Of a stretch of DNA of 64,000 bases, positions 27,543 to 37,756 are shown one piece after another. Both the position numbers and the translations under genes were made by a program. Below the pieces are notes generated by a model, which did not search any database, had not been told where the DNA came from, and saw only the letters and a list, made by a program, of their open reading frames with translations. Each line of letters opens with the position of its first letter. Position 1 is the first letter of the stretch. This DNA comes from an uncultured Bacteroidales bacterium (GTDB lineage Bacteria; Bacteroidota; Bacteroidia; Bacteroidales; UBA932). Where the stretch lies: positions 145,813 through 209,812 of the forward strand of contig CASEOO010000030.1 in NCBI GenBank assembly GCA_949289565.1, given 5' to 3'.

Positions 27543-27649
27543 ACTTCGTGCTGATGGTGACATTGACCGGAATTTCCGGTCAATGCAGTAAAATTATTGC
27601 CCGGAAGGGCACATGAAATCTAATCTGTCTAACAGACGTTTTGCAATTT

Positions 27650-28720
27650 ATGAGAAAATTAGCTATCCTCTTGACAGTCTTTCTGGTTTCGTTGCCGGCG
27701 GTTTTCGCCCAGGACCAGAAAAGGACTTGCGTCGTAGGTTTCTACAATCTTGAAAACCTCTTCGACATATATGATGACCCGGCCAAGAATGACGAGGAAT
27801 TCCTCCCTGACGGGAAAAACCAGTGGACCGAGGTGAAATATCAGAAAAAACTTCACAATATGGCGGCTGTGATACGGTCGATGGCCGAGACTAACGGACG
27901 TTTTCACTCTGTTTTGGGTGTAAGCGAGGTAGAGAACCGTCTTGTTCTCGAGGACCTGGTCAGCCAGCCTGAGATAGCTGATGCGAATTATCAGATAGTG
28001 CACTATGACGGCCCTGACACCAGGGGTATAGATGTCGGCCTGCTTTACCGTCCAAACCAGTTCAAGCTTCTGGACAGCGAGTCCATACCGTTTGATTTCG
28101 GCAGCGCGAAGATAGAATTTGCCATGGAAGGCGAAGACAGGGTGAAGTTCAAGACCAGGGACATACTGATGGCGCATGGTCTTCTCGACGGCGAGGAGTT
28201 CGCTTTCTATGTGGCTCATCTGCCTTCACGTATTGGTGGCAAGGGCTGGGACTTGAGAAGCCGTGGAGCAGAGATTATCTATGAGCATGCTATGGAGATG
28301 ATGAAAAAGTATCCCGGCATCAAGATAGTGGTGATGGGCGACATGAACGACAATCCTGTAGACATCAGCATGACAGAATTCATGCATGGAAAAGAGAAGC
28401 CGGAGCAGGTGGGAAAAGATGATTTCTTCTCTCCGTTCATGTCCATGCTGAAAGCAGGCTACGGCTCGCTGGCGTATCAGGGCACATGGAACATCTATGA
28501 CATCATACTCGTGAACGAGTCCCTGCTGAATGCCCCGGACGGCGGTTTCAAAATCCGTCCTGTGGGCAAAAGAGGCTTCTACGGCGTGATATACAAGAAA
28601 AATTTCATGATTCAGCAGCGAGGCCAGTATAAGGGCACGCCGTTCAGGACTTTCTCGAACGGGGCGTTCATAGGCGGATACAGCGACCATCTCCCGACAT
28701 ACATTGTACTGGAAAAATGA
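27650..28720 (+). CDS. Secreted endonuclease/exonuclease/phosphatase (EEP) family protein
   Basis: Signal peptide (MRKLAILLTVFLVSLPAVFAQ). N-terminal catalytic block GFYNLENLFD and C-terminal GGYSDHLP block typical of EEP nucleases. I prefer the ATG at 27650 over the TTG at 27641. Confidence 0.85.
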   Translation: MRKLAILLTVFLVSLPAVFAQDQKRTCVVGFYNLENLFDIYDDPAKNDEEFLPDGKNQWTEVKYQKKLHNMAAVIRSMAETNGRFHSVLGVSEVENRLVLEDLVSQPEIADANYQIVHYDGPDTRGIDVGLLYRPNQFKLLDSESIPFDFGSAKIEFAMEGEDRVKFKTRDILMAHGLLDGEEFAFYVAHLPSRIGGKGWDLRSRGAEIIYEHAMEMMKKYPGIKIVVMGDMNDNPVDISMTEFMHGKEKPEQVGKDDFFSPFMSMLKAGYGSLAYQGTWNIYDIILVNESLLNAPDGGFKIRPVGKRGFYGVIYKKNFMIQQRGQYKGTPFRTFSNGAFIGGYSDHLPTYIVLEK

Positions 28721-28789
28721 CAGGGACCATATAGCTGTCCGAAATATGCAGAAATGCGATTTGCAGGATAGCAGAATAGAATTTTAACA

Positions 28790-31700
28790 ATGGAAAATAT
28801 GTACAGAAAATTATTGCCAATCTTAATGGCGGCGATATTCATCCTGCCTCAGACAGCGGCGGCGCAAGACAGGCAGAAAACCTACGGTGGCAGGATAGAG
28901 TGGTACCAGAATCCTGTTTCCGGCAGGGAAGGCGGAGTGAAGGGAACAGTGGTGAACAGGAACGGAAGGGTGCCTGTAGCAGATGCCGTAGTGGCTCTCT
29001 ACCATGGCGATGAGCTGATAGCGAGGGCGTCCCTGGATGAGAGCGCGCAGTTTCTTTTTTCAGATATAGACAATGGCGACTACCGGCTGGTGGTGGGCGC
29101 TCCAGGGTTCAACAGCACTGAAGTAAATGTGAAAGTAGAGGGGTTCGTCCGGGACCTCGTCTTCGTCTCGCTGGTGTCAGCGCAGAAGACTATGACTGAA
29201 TTCGATGAGTCCAGCTTCATGGAATTCGACATGGATGATTCTGGATACGATGACGCTCCCTCGCTGCTGTACGGGAACGATGTATACTCAAATATTGCCG
29301 GGTACGGCTTCAGCGCCATCAGGTTCAAGAACAGGGGATATGCCAGCGAGTCCCAGGAAGTGTATCTGAGCGGAGTGAAGATGAACGATGCAGTCACTGG
29401 ATACACTCCATGGTCTCTGTGGAGCGGCTTGAACGAGGCGATGAGGAGCAAGGAGACCACCATCGGCAACGAGGTATATGACTATGGCTTCGGCGGATAC
29501 AACGGTGTGACCAATATCCTCGCCACCCCTTCCAGTGTGCGGAAAGGCTGGAGGTTCAGCGCTTTGACGAACAGTGCCCTGTATCGTTTCAGGCTGATGG
29601 CCACCTATGCTTCAGGCGAGCTGGACAACGGCTGGTCCTATGCTTTCAATGTATCTGCCCGCCTTGGCGGCAATGACTGGGTGAAAGGTATCTACTACCG
29701 TTCGTTCGCCTACTATGCCGGAGTCGAGAAGAAATTCGGCGACATGCACAGGCTCAGCCTCGTGGCTTTCGCCTCACCGACGAACAGAGGTGCCCAGAAT
29801 GCGTCCACACAGGAAGTCTATGACCTGGTAGGAGACAACATGTACAACTCGAACTGGGGCTATCAGGACGGAAAGCTCCGCAATGCCCGTGTCCGCAAGA
29901 CACACGAGCCGGTCTTCATCCTGAAATATACTGCCACCCCTCTGGACAATCTCGAAGCCTCAGCCACAGTCACCTACAGAACGGGAAAGAACGGATACAC
30001 TGCTCTCGACTGGTATGACACTTACGACCCGAGACCTGACTACTACAGGAATCTCCCGAGCTATTTCTGGATGCAGGATTCAGACTACGGCAGAAACAGC
30101 TATGAAAAATATGCATGGGCGCAGGAAGCTTGGCTGACTAACTACAACAGCACCCGCCACATAAATTGGGACAGGCTTTACAATGTGAACAGCCACAATC
30201 TCGATGCAGATGGGTTAGGCCGTTCTAAATATATCATCGAAGAACGCCGGACAGACCAGAACGACATAAATCTGAACGGAAGCGTGAAATGGCAGGCTAA
30301 GGACTGGGTCACATTGACCGGAGGCCTTAACTGGAGATGGAACAAGACTGAATATTACAAGATTGCAGACGACCTGCTCGGAGGAGATTACTACATAAAT
30401 ATCGACCAGTTCGCCGAGCGTGATTTCGCTTCCGACCCGGCCATGATACAGAATGATTTGGATTATTATTTTGCAAACGGTTCTGCACAGAGGCTTTTTG
30501 CCGGGGACAAGTACGGATATGATTACTTCGCAAATGTACGTGACGCCGAGATCTGGGCGAACGCGTCTTTTGAAAAAGGACATTTCCGCGGCTATGCCGC
30601 TTTGCAGGGCGGTTATTCCAAGTTCTGGAGAGACGGAGTCTACAGAAAAGGCCTTTTTGCCGGCCTGGATGAAAACGGCAACGAAATAATAAGCCCTGCC
30701 ACGGGCAATGTCCTGACTGTCTATGACAAAGACGGGAAGGCCATCACTTCTAAGGGCCGCTCGGACGTGGCTGACTTTTTCACGTATTCCGCCAAGATAG
30801 GAGCCAGCTGGTTTTTCACCGGAGGACACCGGGTGTATGCGAATGCAGGATATTTCAACGATGCCCCTACATTCAACCAGTCATTCATATCTCCGAGAAC
30901 CAGGAACACGCTGGTGCCGAACCTGACCACTACGAAGACCGTGTCGGCCGACATCAACTATACCTACAGCAACAACGGCTACGATCTCCGCCTGACGGGA
31001 TTCTGGACTAAAATCATGGACCAGACCGACATGATGAGCTTCTATGACGATTCTCAGAATTCTTTCACGAATTTCGCGATGACCGGCATAGACCAGAGGC
31101 ATATGGGCATAGAACTCGGTTTCGAAATTCCTCTTTATCTCCAGAATGTCTTTCTCCAGGGTGTGCTGAGCTGGGGCGAGTATATCTACACTTCGACTCC
31201 GCATATGACACAGACGATAGACAACAGTGCTGAAGTCATCATCGACAACCAGCCTGTGACCTACTGGAAGAGCCATCCGATATACAGGAAGACCACAGTG
31301 GACGGCATCGTGACTTACGACAAGGACGCCGGAGGAAACTATATCCTCGAAAAGGACCAGAAGCACTATGTGCCGAGCACGCCTCAGCTGGCCGCCGACC
31401 TGGGAATCCGCTACCGCAGCAATTCATACTGGTTTGTCGAGCTGAACGGACAGTTTTTCGCCCATTCGTATCTCGACATGAACCCGCTGTACAGGACCAT
31501 GACTGCTGTCGCCGGTCCTGACAATGCGATGACTGACGCTGCTCTCGAAGAGCACAGCAGGAACTGGTTCCTGAATGAGACCATTCAGGACAATATGGGC
31601 CTGTCTCCGCAGGAAATTGAATATATGGCCGCCCAGGAGGAATTCGATCCTGTATTCTTGCTGAATGCCAGCGTGGGCAAGTCATGGTATATAGACAGAA

Positions 31701-31885
31701 AGTACAATTTCGGCTTTTCTCTTGAGGTGAAAAACATTCTGAACAACAGGAATGTGAAGACAGGAGGCTACGAGCAGACCCGTCTGATCGACAGCGAAAG
31801 CCGGACCAGGTATTATCGGTTCGACCCGAAATATTTCTACATGAGCGGAGTCAATTATATGCTGAATTTGTATTTCCGTTTCTGA
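28790..31885 (+). CDS. TonB-dependent transporter with carboxypeptidase-regulatory-like N-terminal domain
   Basis: 1031-aa ORF with a signal peptide (ILPQTAAAQ), a CarboxypepD_reg-like segment (GTVVNRNGRVPVADAVVALYHGDE ... YRLVVGAPGF), a plug-like region (YLSGVKMND) and a C-terminal LNLYFRF. Confidence 0.85.
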   Translation: MENMYRKLLPILMAAIFILPQTAAAQDRQKTYGGRIEWYQNPVSGREGGVKGTVVNRNGRVPVADAVVALYHGDELIARASLDESAQFLFSDIDNGDYRLVVGAPGFNSTEVNVKVEGFVRDLVFVSLVSAQKTMTEFDESSFMEFDMDDSGYDDAPSLLYGNDVYSNIAGYGFSAIRFKNRGYASESQEVYLSGVKMNDAVTGYTPWSLWSGLNEAMRSKETTIGNEVYDYGFGGYNGVTNILATPSSVRKGWRFSALTNSALYRFRLMATYASGELDNGWSYAFNVSARLGGNDWVKGIYYRSFAYYAGVEKKFGDMHRLSLVAFASPTNRGAQNASTQEVYDLVGDNMYNSNWGYQDGKLRNARVRKTHEPVFILKYTATPLDNLEASATVTYRTGKNGYTALDWYDTYDPRPDYYRNLPSYFWMQDSDYGRNSYEKYAWAQEAWLTNYNSTRHINWDRLYNVNSHNLDADGLGRSKYIIEERRTDQNDINLNGSVKWQAKDWVTLTGGLNWRWNKTEYYKIADDLLGGDYYINIDQFAERDFASDPAMIQNDLDYYFANGSAQRLFAGDKYGYDYFANVRDAEIWANASFEKGHFRGYAALQGGYSKFWRDGVYRKGLFAGLDENGNEIISPATGNVLTVYDKDGKAITSKGRSDVADFFTYSAKIGASWFFTGGHRVYANAGYFNDAPTFNQSFISPRTRNTLVPNLTTTKTVSADINYTYSNNGYDLRLTGFWTKIMDQTDMMSFYDDSQNSFTNFAMTGIDQRHMGIELGFEIPLYLQNVFLQGVLSWGEYIYTSTPHMTQTIDNSAEVIIDNQPVTYWKSHPIYRKTTVDGIVTYDKDAGGNYILEKDQKHYVPSTPQLAADLGIRYRSNSYWFVELNGQFFAHSYLDMNPLYRTMTAVAGPDNAMTDAALEEHSRNWFLNETIQDNMGLSPQEIEYMAAQEEFDPVFLLNASVGKSWYIDRKYNFGFSLEVKNILNNRNVKTGGYEQTRLIDSESRTRYYRFDPKYFYMSGVNYMLNLYFRF

Positions 31886-31929
31886 AATGCCTGTCAAAGT
31901 AAAATTTACATAAATAATTTCAAGTTCAG

Positions 31930-33018
31930 ATGAAAAGAATATTCAATATAAAACTGACCGCCGCGGCAATGCTTTCTTCTGCTCTGATTTTGAGTTCCTG
32001 CGAGGAATTCACGCCTGTTTTCACCGGCAAATATCCGGAGCCTGAGCAGTGGAGTCCTGTGGAGATGGTTGTTACGCATACGATAGCTGAGCTGGCGGGA
32101 ATGTACACTCCAGGGAAGGCTTTCGAAATAGAGGACGCCATAGTGATTTCCGGGAAAGTATCCACTTCGGACCAGGCCGGAAACTTCTACCGCAGCCTGT
32201 ATATCCAGGATGAGACAGGAGGTATAGAGCTCAAAATGGGCAAGACGGGGCTGTACAACGAATACAAGCCAGGGCAGACTGTATATGTGGCATGCAAGGG
32301 CCTCTGGCTTGGGATGTACGGATATGACGATGATGAAGCATACGGCGGTGCCGGCATGGTGCAGCTTGGATTTGAAGATCCGACAGGGGAATACGAGACA
32401 TCATACATTGAGGTGCAGTATCTGATAGACCAGCATATCTTCCGCGGGGAAACCGGAGAGCCGGTGGAGCCTGTGGCTGTCGCAGAGCAGGACCTGCCTG
32501 GACAGTGGGATACGCAGGCAGACAACCAGTATGTAGGAAGGCTTGTGACCCTCAGCGGGCTGACATACGGGAACGAGATTTTCACTCTGCTGTATGTGAA
32601 TCCGAATCTGGATCACAAGACATCAGGCAACAGAGTCTTCCTGTCTGACCAGACTCATGGAGTGACTACATGGGCTATGAGCGAGCAGAAAGTGAAAGAG
32701 CATCTGCAGGCAGGCGACTGGGACGCTGTCTATATCGGCAATTCAAGAGATTATACATATGGCACAGTTGGCGATGCCAAGAATAAGGAAACTCTTTTGA
32801 AATATGCCGCCCCGGCGAATGTCAGCCAGTATTTCAAGATGGGTGAAAAAGAGATACAGATCCGTACCAGCGGGTATTGCCGTTTCGCTGACCTGGAAAT
32901 CGATCCTGACGTGCTGGCCGGGAAAAAGACCATTGATGCGACGGGTGTCCTGACTATGTATCAGGGCAACATCCAGTTCGTGCTTCTTGACCAGACAGGT
33001 GTCAAAGTCAACGAGTAG
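31930..33018 (+). CDS. DUF5689-like OB-fold surface lipoprotein (sits where SusD would be)
   Basis: Lipobox (ALILSSC). The segment TIAELAGMYTPGKAFEIEDAIVISGKVSTSDQAGNFYRSLYIQDETGGIELKMGK is typical of the DUF5689/nuclease-type OB fold. Lies directly downstream of the transporter. Confidence 0.65.
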   Translation: MKRIFNIKLTAAAMLSSALILSSCEEFTPVFTGKYPEPEQWSPVEMVVTHTIAELAGMYTPGKAFEIEDAIVISGKVSTSDQAGNFYRSLYIQDETGGIELKMGKTGLYNEYKPGQTVYVACKGLWLGMYGYDDDEAYGGAGMVQLGFEDPTGEYETSYIEVQYLIDQHIFRGETGEPVEPVAVAEQDLPGQWDTQADNQYVGRLVTLSGLTYGNEIFTLLYVNPNLDHKTSGNRVFLSDQTHGVTTWAMSEQKVKEHLQAGDWDAVYIGNSRDYTYGTVGDAKNKETLLKYAAPANVSQYFKMGEKEIQIRTSGYCRFADLEIDPDVLAGKKTIDATGVLTMYQGNIQFVLLDQTGVKVNE

Positions 33019-33067
33019 TGCAGGAAGGAGGGCTTGTACACTTTCTTTGATTCCGAAGAAACTGATA

Positions 33068-33114
33068 AAATCCGGCGAAATTATTGGATATCTGACAATA
33101 ATTTCGCCGGATTT
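33068..33114 (+). terminator. Strong hairpin (19-bp perfect stem) ending the locus
   Basis: AAATCCGGCGAAATTATTG (33068-33086) pairs with CAATAATTTCGCCGGATTT (33096-33114). 9-nt loop. The stem ends in TTT. Confidence 0.6.
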
Positions 33115-33128
33115 ATGTTAATTATATA

Positions 33129-33136
33129 TACCTTTG
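33129..33136 (+). promoter_or_regulatory. -7 promoter box (TACCTTTG) for dcp
   Basis: Exact TAnnTTTG 39 nt upstream of the ATG at 33175. Confidence 0.4.
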
Positions 33137-33174
33137 TACTCTATGTGTACTGAACCTCTAAACCTACTGAGAAG

Positions 33175-35460
33175 ATGACCAGAAAATTTTTGTTTTCAGG
33201 CATAGCATTGATTATGATGTCTTGCAGCAATTTGAATCCCTTCTTCGGGGAGTGGGACACTCCATACGGGATTCCTCCTTTCGAGGAGATTTCAGAAAAA
33301 GATTACCTCCGCGCCGTAAAGTTCGGAATTCATCAGCAGTCTGCTGAAGTGGACGCCATCATTGCGCGGGACGCGGCTCCTACATTCGAAAATACGATAG
33401 CGGCATATGAATATTCAGGTGAGGTCCTCGACAGGGCGTTGCTGGTGCTTTTCAATCTGGCGGAGAGCGATGCCACGCCTGCTCTTCAGAAAGTCGTGGA
33501 CAAGGTGATTCCTCTGCTTACCGAGCATACTGACAATATTTTCATGAATCCTTATTTTTTCGAGAGGGTGAAAGCCGTGTATGACCGGAGAGATTCTTCT
33601 GGCCTGACTTCTGAGCAGATCAGGCTGACTGAGAAGATATATCGGCAGTTCCTGTCGAACGGTGTTTCTCTTGATGCCGCAGGTCAGGCCAGGATGAGGG
33701 AGATAAACAGTGAACTGGCGGCGCTGGAGCAGACATTCGGAAACAATCTCCTCGCGGAGACCAATGCCTTCACTATGCTCCTGACAGATTCTTCGGAAGT
33801 AGCCGGACTGCCGGAAGCCGTGCTGCATTCGGCCGCGTCAGAGGCTTCAGCCGCCGGCATTTCTGCCAAGGCGGCCGCCCGGCTGAAGAATATCGATGAA
33901 AGTGCGGTGGCTCCAGGCGGACCATGGCTTTTCACCCTTCAGAATGCGAGCTATGTGCCGTTCATGACATACAGCGCAAACAGGGAGCTGCGCGAAAAGA
34001 TGTTCAATGCATATTCTTCGAGAGGAAATCATGGCAACGACAGGGACAACAAGGACATCGTTGTGAAAATAATGTCTCTGCGGATAGAGAAGGCGAAGCT
34101 TCTGGGGTATGATACACCGGCGGCATTCATCCTTTCTGACAAGATGGCTGGAAATTCCGCCGCAGTGGATGTTTTTCTGGAGAGGATTTTTGATGCCGGA
34201 GTGGCCAGGGCCAAGGAAGAGGCTGCTGATTTGCAGGCAGTGATGAACGCAGACGTGGAAGCTGGACTGCTCCCGGATGACAGCACCTCAGTGATACGTC
34301 CGTGGGACTGGGCTTATTATGCTGAGAAAGTCCGTGTGGCAAAGTACGCGATAGACGAGTCTGCTGTGAAGCCTTATTTCAAAATGGAGAATGTCAGGGA
34401 GGGGGTCTTCAGCACCGCTCATAAATTGTACGGCCTGAACTTCGAGAAACTGGACAGTATTCCTGTTTATCATCCGGATATGGAGGGGTTCAAGGTGACT
34501 GATGCCGACAGTTCGCTGGTGGGCATCCTGCTGACAGACTATTATCCGCGCAGCACCAAGCGTGGCGGTGCCTGGATGACTAATTTCCGGTATCAGCAGA
34601 TTTCCGCTGACGCCGAAGATGTCCGCCCGATAGTCTGCAATGTCGCCAATTTTACGAAACCGGCGGCTGGCAAGCCATCGCTTCTTACTCAGGATGAGGC
34701 GGCAACGATGTTCCATGAATTCGGTCATGCATTGCACGGGCTTCTGAGCCAGTGCACATATAAGGATATGAGCGGGACGAATGTCACGAGGGATTTTGTG
34801 GAGCTGCCGTCGCAGCTGAATGAAAACTGGGCGTTCCAGCCTGAGGTTCTTTCCATGTATGCGCGCCATTATGAGACTGGAGAGATGATTCCGGATTCAT
34901 TGGTGTCCAAAATCAGGGATGCAGGCAAGTTCAACCAAGGGTTCATGACGTCAGAGCTGGCCGCGGCTTCGATTCTGGATATGAGATGGCATGAGCTGAC
35001 TTCCGTATATGTCCCTTCTGACTGTCAGTTTGCATCATCCGTTCCTGCTCCAGAGGGTGCTGAACCTGCGTTTTTAGTGATTGGCGGAAAGAAAATTCCT
35101 ACTGGGGAGGCTGAGGATCTGATGGTGATAGATCCTGTGAAGTTCGAGGCGGCCATGATGAAAGAGGCCGGTCTGATAGACGAGATTATCCCGCGCTACA
35201 GGACGACATATTTCAATCATATTTTCAAAGGCGGGTACAATGCCGGCTACTACAGCTATCTATGGGCAGAGGTCCTCGACAAGGATGCTTTCGAGCTTTT
35301 CCTCAGGCGCGGCATCTTCGACAGCCGTACCGCCATGTCTTATCGCCGCAATATTCTGGAGAAAGGCGACAGTGAAGATCCGATGACTCTGTACAAGAAA
35401 TTCCGTGGCGCCGAGCCGGATCCGGACGCACTTCTTCGTGCACGCGGGCTTGATAATTAA
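33175..35460 (+). CDS. dcp: M3 family peptidyl-dipeptidase (Dcp-like)
   Basis: 761-aa ORF with the zinc motif HEFGHALH and lipoprotein-like signal LIMMSC. An insertion of about 40 aa relative to what I expect for Dcp lies near SVYVPSDCQF...EAEDLMVID. Confidence 0.85.
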   Translation: MTRKFLFSGIALIMMSCSNLNPFFGEWDTPYGIPPFEEISEKDYLRAVKFGIHQQSAEVDAIIARDAAPTFENTIAAYEYSGEVLDRALLVLFNLAESDATPALQKVVDKVIPLLTEHTDNIFMNPYFFERVKAVYDRRDSSGLTSEQIRLTEKIYRQFLSNGVSLDAAGQARMREINSELAALEQTFGNNLLAETNAFTMLLTDSSEVAGLPEAVLHSAASEASAAGISAKAAARLKNIDESAVAPGGPWLFTLQNASYVPFMTYSANRELREKMFNAYSSRGNHGNDRDNKDIVVKIMSLRIEKAKLLGYDTPAAFILSDKMAGNSAAVDVFLERIFDAGVARAKEEAADLQAVMNADVEAGLLPDDSTSVIRPWDWAYYAEKVRVAKYAIDESAVKPYFKMENVREGVFSTAHKLYGLNFEKLDSIPVYHPDMEGFKVTDADSSLVGILLTDYYPRSTKRGGAWMTNFRYQQISADAEDVRPIVCNVANFTKPAAGKPSLLTQDEAATMFHEFGHALHGLLSQCTYKDMSGTNVTRDFVELPSQLNENWAFQPEVLSMYARHYETGEMIPDSLVSKIRDAGKFNQGFMTSELAAASILDMRWHELTSVYVPSDCQFASSVPAPEGAEPAFLVIGGKKIPTGEAEDLMVIDPVKFEAAMMKEAGLIDEIIPRYRTTYFNHIFKGGYNAGYYSYLWAEVLDKDAFELFLRRGIFDSRTAMSYRRNILEKGDSEDPMTLYKKFRGAEPDPDALLRARGLDN

Positions 35461-35462
35461 AA

Positions 35463-35511
35463 AACAGGGGATGGCTCAAAAATAAAAGTCATCCCCTGTT
35501 TCATTGTTTTT
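35463..35511 (+). terminator. Intrinsic terminator of dcp
   Basis: 11-bp stem AACAGGGGATG (35463-35473) pairs with CATCCCCTGTT (35490-35500), followed by TCATTGTTTTT. Confidence 0.6.
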
Positions 35512-35603
35512 CCGCGAGGCCGGTCTCGGCTTCTTTTCCGGATATCCGGCACTCAGAGAGAACAAACCTTTTTGGTTCTCTGTGATGGCATGGCCAGTTC
35601 TGC

Positions 35604-36575
35604 TTATACGAAAGAAGTGAGCACTTTCAGAGAGCCGTCAGGAATGAATCTCAGGGAAGAGGCAGAAGCCGGAATCAGTACAGTCTCGCCCTGATGTATG
35701 CTTTCGCAGTTTCCTTCACCATCCACTATCTCTCCATGGCCTGCTGTGCAGATCACTATCAGGAAAGAATCCAGCCCGGAAAGATCTTTCACATATGGCT
35801 TGTCCATTTCCAGTAGAGATGTCGTAAAATACTGGCAGCTCACCAGGACGGTTTCTTCGTTTTTCTTTTCAGTGTAGTGAGTCCGGTAGTCTTCATGCAC
35901 GCTGTAGTCTATCGCATCCTTTGCCAGCTCGGTATGCAGCTCGCGTGGCTTCCCGTCCAGGCCGAGCCTCCCGAAATCATAGATGCGGTAGGTGATGTTC
36001 GATGTCTGCTGGATTTCTGCAATGAACGAGCCTGCTCCGATGCTGTGTATGCGTCCTGCCGGCAGGAAGAACACGTCTCCGGGAGAAACCCTGTAGTCGT
36101 GGAGCACATCGGTGATGGTGTTGTTTTCCACCCGTGCTGCATATTCTTCAGGAGTGATGGCCTGTGTGAGCCCTGACATCAGGTGCGCATCCTTGTCGGC
36201 ATTCACCACATACCACATTTCTGTCTTGCCTTTCGAGCCATCGTGTCTTCTGGCGGCCAGCTCGTCATTTGGATGCACCTGTATGGACAGGTCCTGGCGG
36301 GCATCTATGAACTTGATGAGCAGAGGGAATTCTGTCCCTGTTTTTTCGTAATTCGCCTTTCCGATCAGCTCTTCCTTGTACTCTGAAATAAGCTCGGTGA
36401 TGTTTTTTCCGGCGAGCGGACCGTTCGCCACGACTGATTCGTTGCCTTTTACACCTGAGAGCTCCCAGCTTTCACCTATATTGTGCTGGTCTGTTTCAAT
36501 GCCTTTGAACGGCGCTATTTTTTCTCCGCCCCATACCAGGGTCTTGAGAATCGGTCTGAATTTAAGTGGATACAT
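35604..36575 (-). CDS. manA: Mannose-6-phosphate isomerase, class I
   Basis: 323-aa ORF (MYPLKFRPILKTLVWGGEKI ... LSIQVHPND ... GRIHSIG). Confidence 0.85.
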   Translation of the reverse strand: MYPLKFRPILKTLVWGGEKIAPFKGIETDQHNIGESWELSGVKGNESVVANGPLAGKNITELISEYKEELIGKANYEKTGTEFPLLIKFIDARQDLSIQVHPNDELAARRHDGSKGKTEMWYVVNADKDAHLMSGLTQAITPEEYAARVENNTITDVLHDYRVSPGDVFFLPAGRIHSIGAGSFIAEIQQTSNITYRIYDFGRLGLDGKPRELHTELAKDAIDYSVHEDYRTHYTEKKNEETVLVSCQYFTTSLLEMDKPYVKDLSGLDSFLIVICTAGHGEIVDGEGNCESIHQGETVLIPASASSLRFIPDGSLKVLTSFV

Positions 36576-36589
36576 ATCTTTTTCTTAAA

Positions 36590-37714
36590 TTATTTTCCGG
36601 ATGGCTGGCGCATCTTGTCCAGCTGGCTGAGCGCGAAGGTGTAAGCCCCTACAGAAATTGCCTTGCTGGCTCCGAGTTTTGATATAGCTATGCCGATGCG
36701 CTTTTGAGGGTCGTAAATCACCTCGTCATCGAATCCGTATACTTTCAGTTTCTGCTGGCTTCCTTTTGCAAAGGCCGCGAATTCTTCAGGGTCGTCCAGA
36801 TTATATACCTTGGACTGTACACGTCCTGTCTCCTCACCTTTGAAAGTGTGGATTTTTCCGCGAAGCGCCTGCAGAAGACTTGGCATGAAATATTTGTGAG
36901 AGGCAGTCACCCCGCCGCCGATGACTATCAGCCCGTCAATCAAGGTCGCGGCAGTAGCCATGGCATCTCCGGCGGCCGCTCCGATTTCAGCAAATGCTTT
37001 CTTTGCCGCATCCACATCTCCGGGAATCTTGCCTTCGGCAATGTCGAAAATGTCCTTAGGCTCGAATTTATGGTCCGGATTCCCGGACAATTCACCATAT
37101 ATCCTTTTCACTGCCTTGATGGCAATGCCGTCTTCGACGATCATGTCCCTGTTGTCTTTGTGCGGCAGGCAGAATGTTTCCACGCAGGAGTTGTCTCCAC
37201 GGTTCAGCTGGCCGTTCACGACGATGCCGACACCGAATCCTGTCCCGAATGTGTAGCCTATCAAGTTGTGATAGCGTTTGCCGCTTCCGGCCGCCTCCAG
37301 TTTCCCGTTTATTTCAGGAAGAATGCCTCCAAGGGCTTCGCCATAGGCGAAAAGGTCGCCGTCGTTGTTGATGAAAACCGGGACGCCGAAGGTCTTGCTG
37401 AGGAACGGTCCGAGAGCTACGCCGTCTCTGAATGAAGGGAAGTTCGGCAGATAGCCTCCGATGATTCCATTGGGATAGTCAGCAGGGCCAGGGAATGCGA
37501 AGCTGATGGCCGCAGGCTTTTCTCCGAGTTTTTCTATTATGGTCTTGAATCCTGTCACCATAGTGCCGAGGCACAGGTCGAGTGTGTCGGAATGTGCAGG
37601 CAGAGTCAGAGGATCGACAATGAATTCACCGCCTTTCATGGCTCCGAATACCATGTTTGTTCCTCCGGCATCAAGCGTTAGCACGATGCGCGAGTCATTT
37701 TTGAAATCGGTCAT
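36590..37714 (-). CDS. ROK family sugar kinase (glucokinase-like)
   Basis: 374-aa ORF with an N-terminal ATP-binding motif (LTLDAGGTNMVFG) and ROK-like core blocks (INNDGDLFAYGE, GTGFGVGIV). Confidence 0.8.
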   Translation of the reverse strand: MTDFKNDSRIVLTLDAGGTNMVFGAMKGGEFIVDPLTLPAHSDTLDLCLGTMVTGFKTIIEKLGEKPAAISFAFPGPADYPNGIIGGYLPNFPSFRDGVALGPFLSKTFGVPVFINNDGDLFAYGEALGGILPEINGKLEAAGSGKRYHNLIGYTFGTGFGVGIVVNGQLNRGDNSCVETFCLPHKDNRDMIVEDGIAIKAVKRIYGELSGNPDHKFEPKDIFDIAEGKIPGDVDAAKKAFAEIGAAAGDAMATAATLIDGLIVIGGGVTASHKYFMPSLLQALRGKIHTFKGEETGRVQSKVYNLDDPEEFAAFAKGSQQKLKVYGFDDEVIYDPQKRIGIAISKLGASKAISVGAYTFALSQLDKMRQPSGK

Positions 37715-37756
37715 AGTTATTGGTCTTAAATATTGTTTGAGTGGTTATTAATGAGA

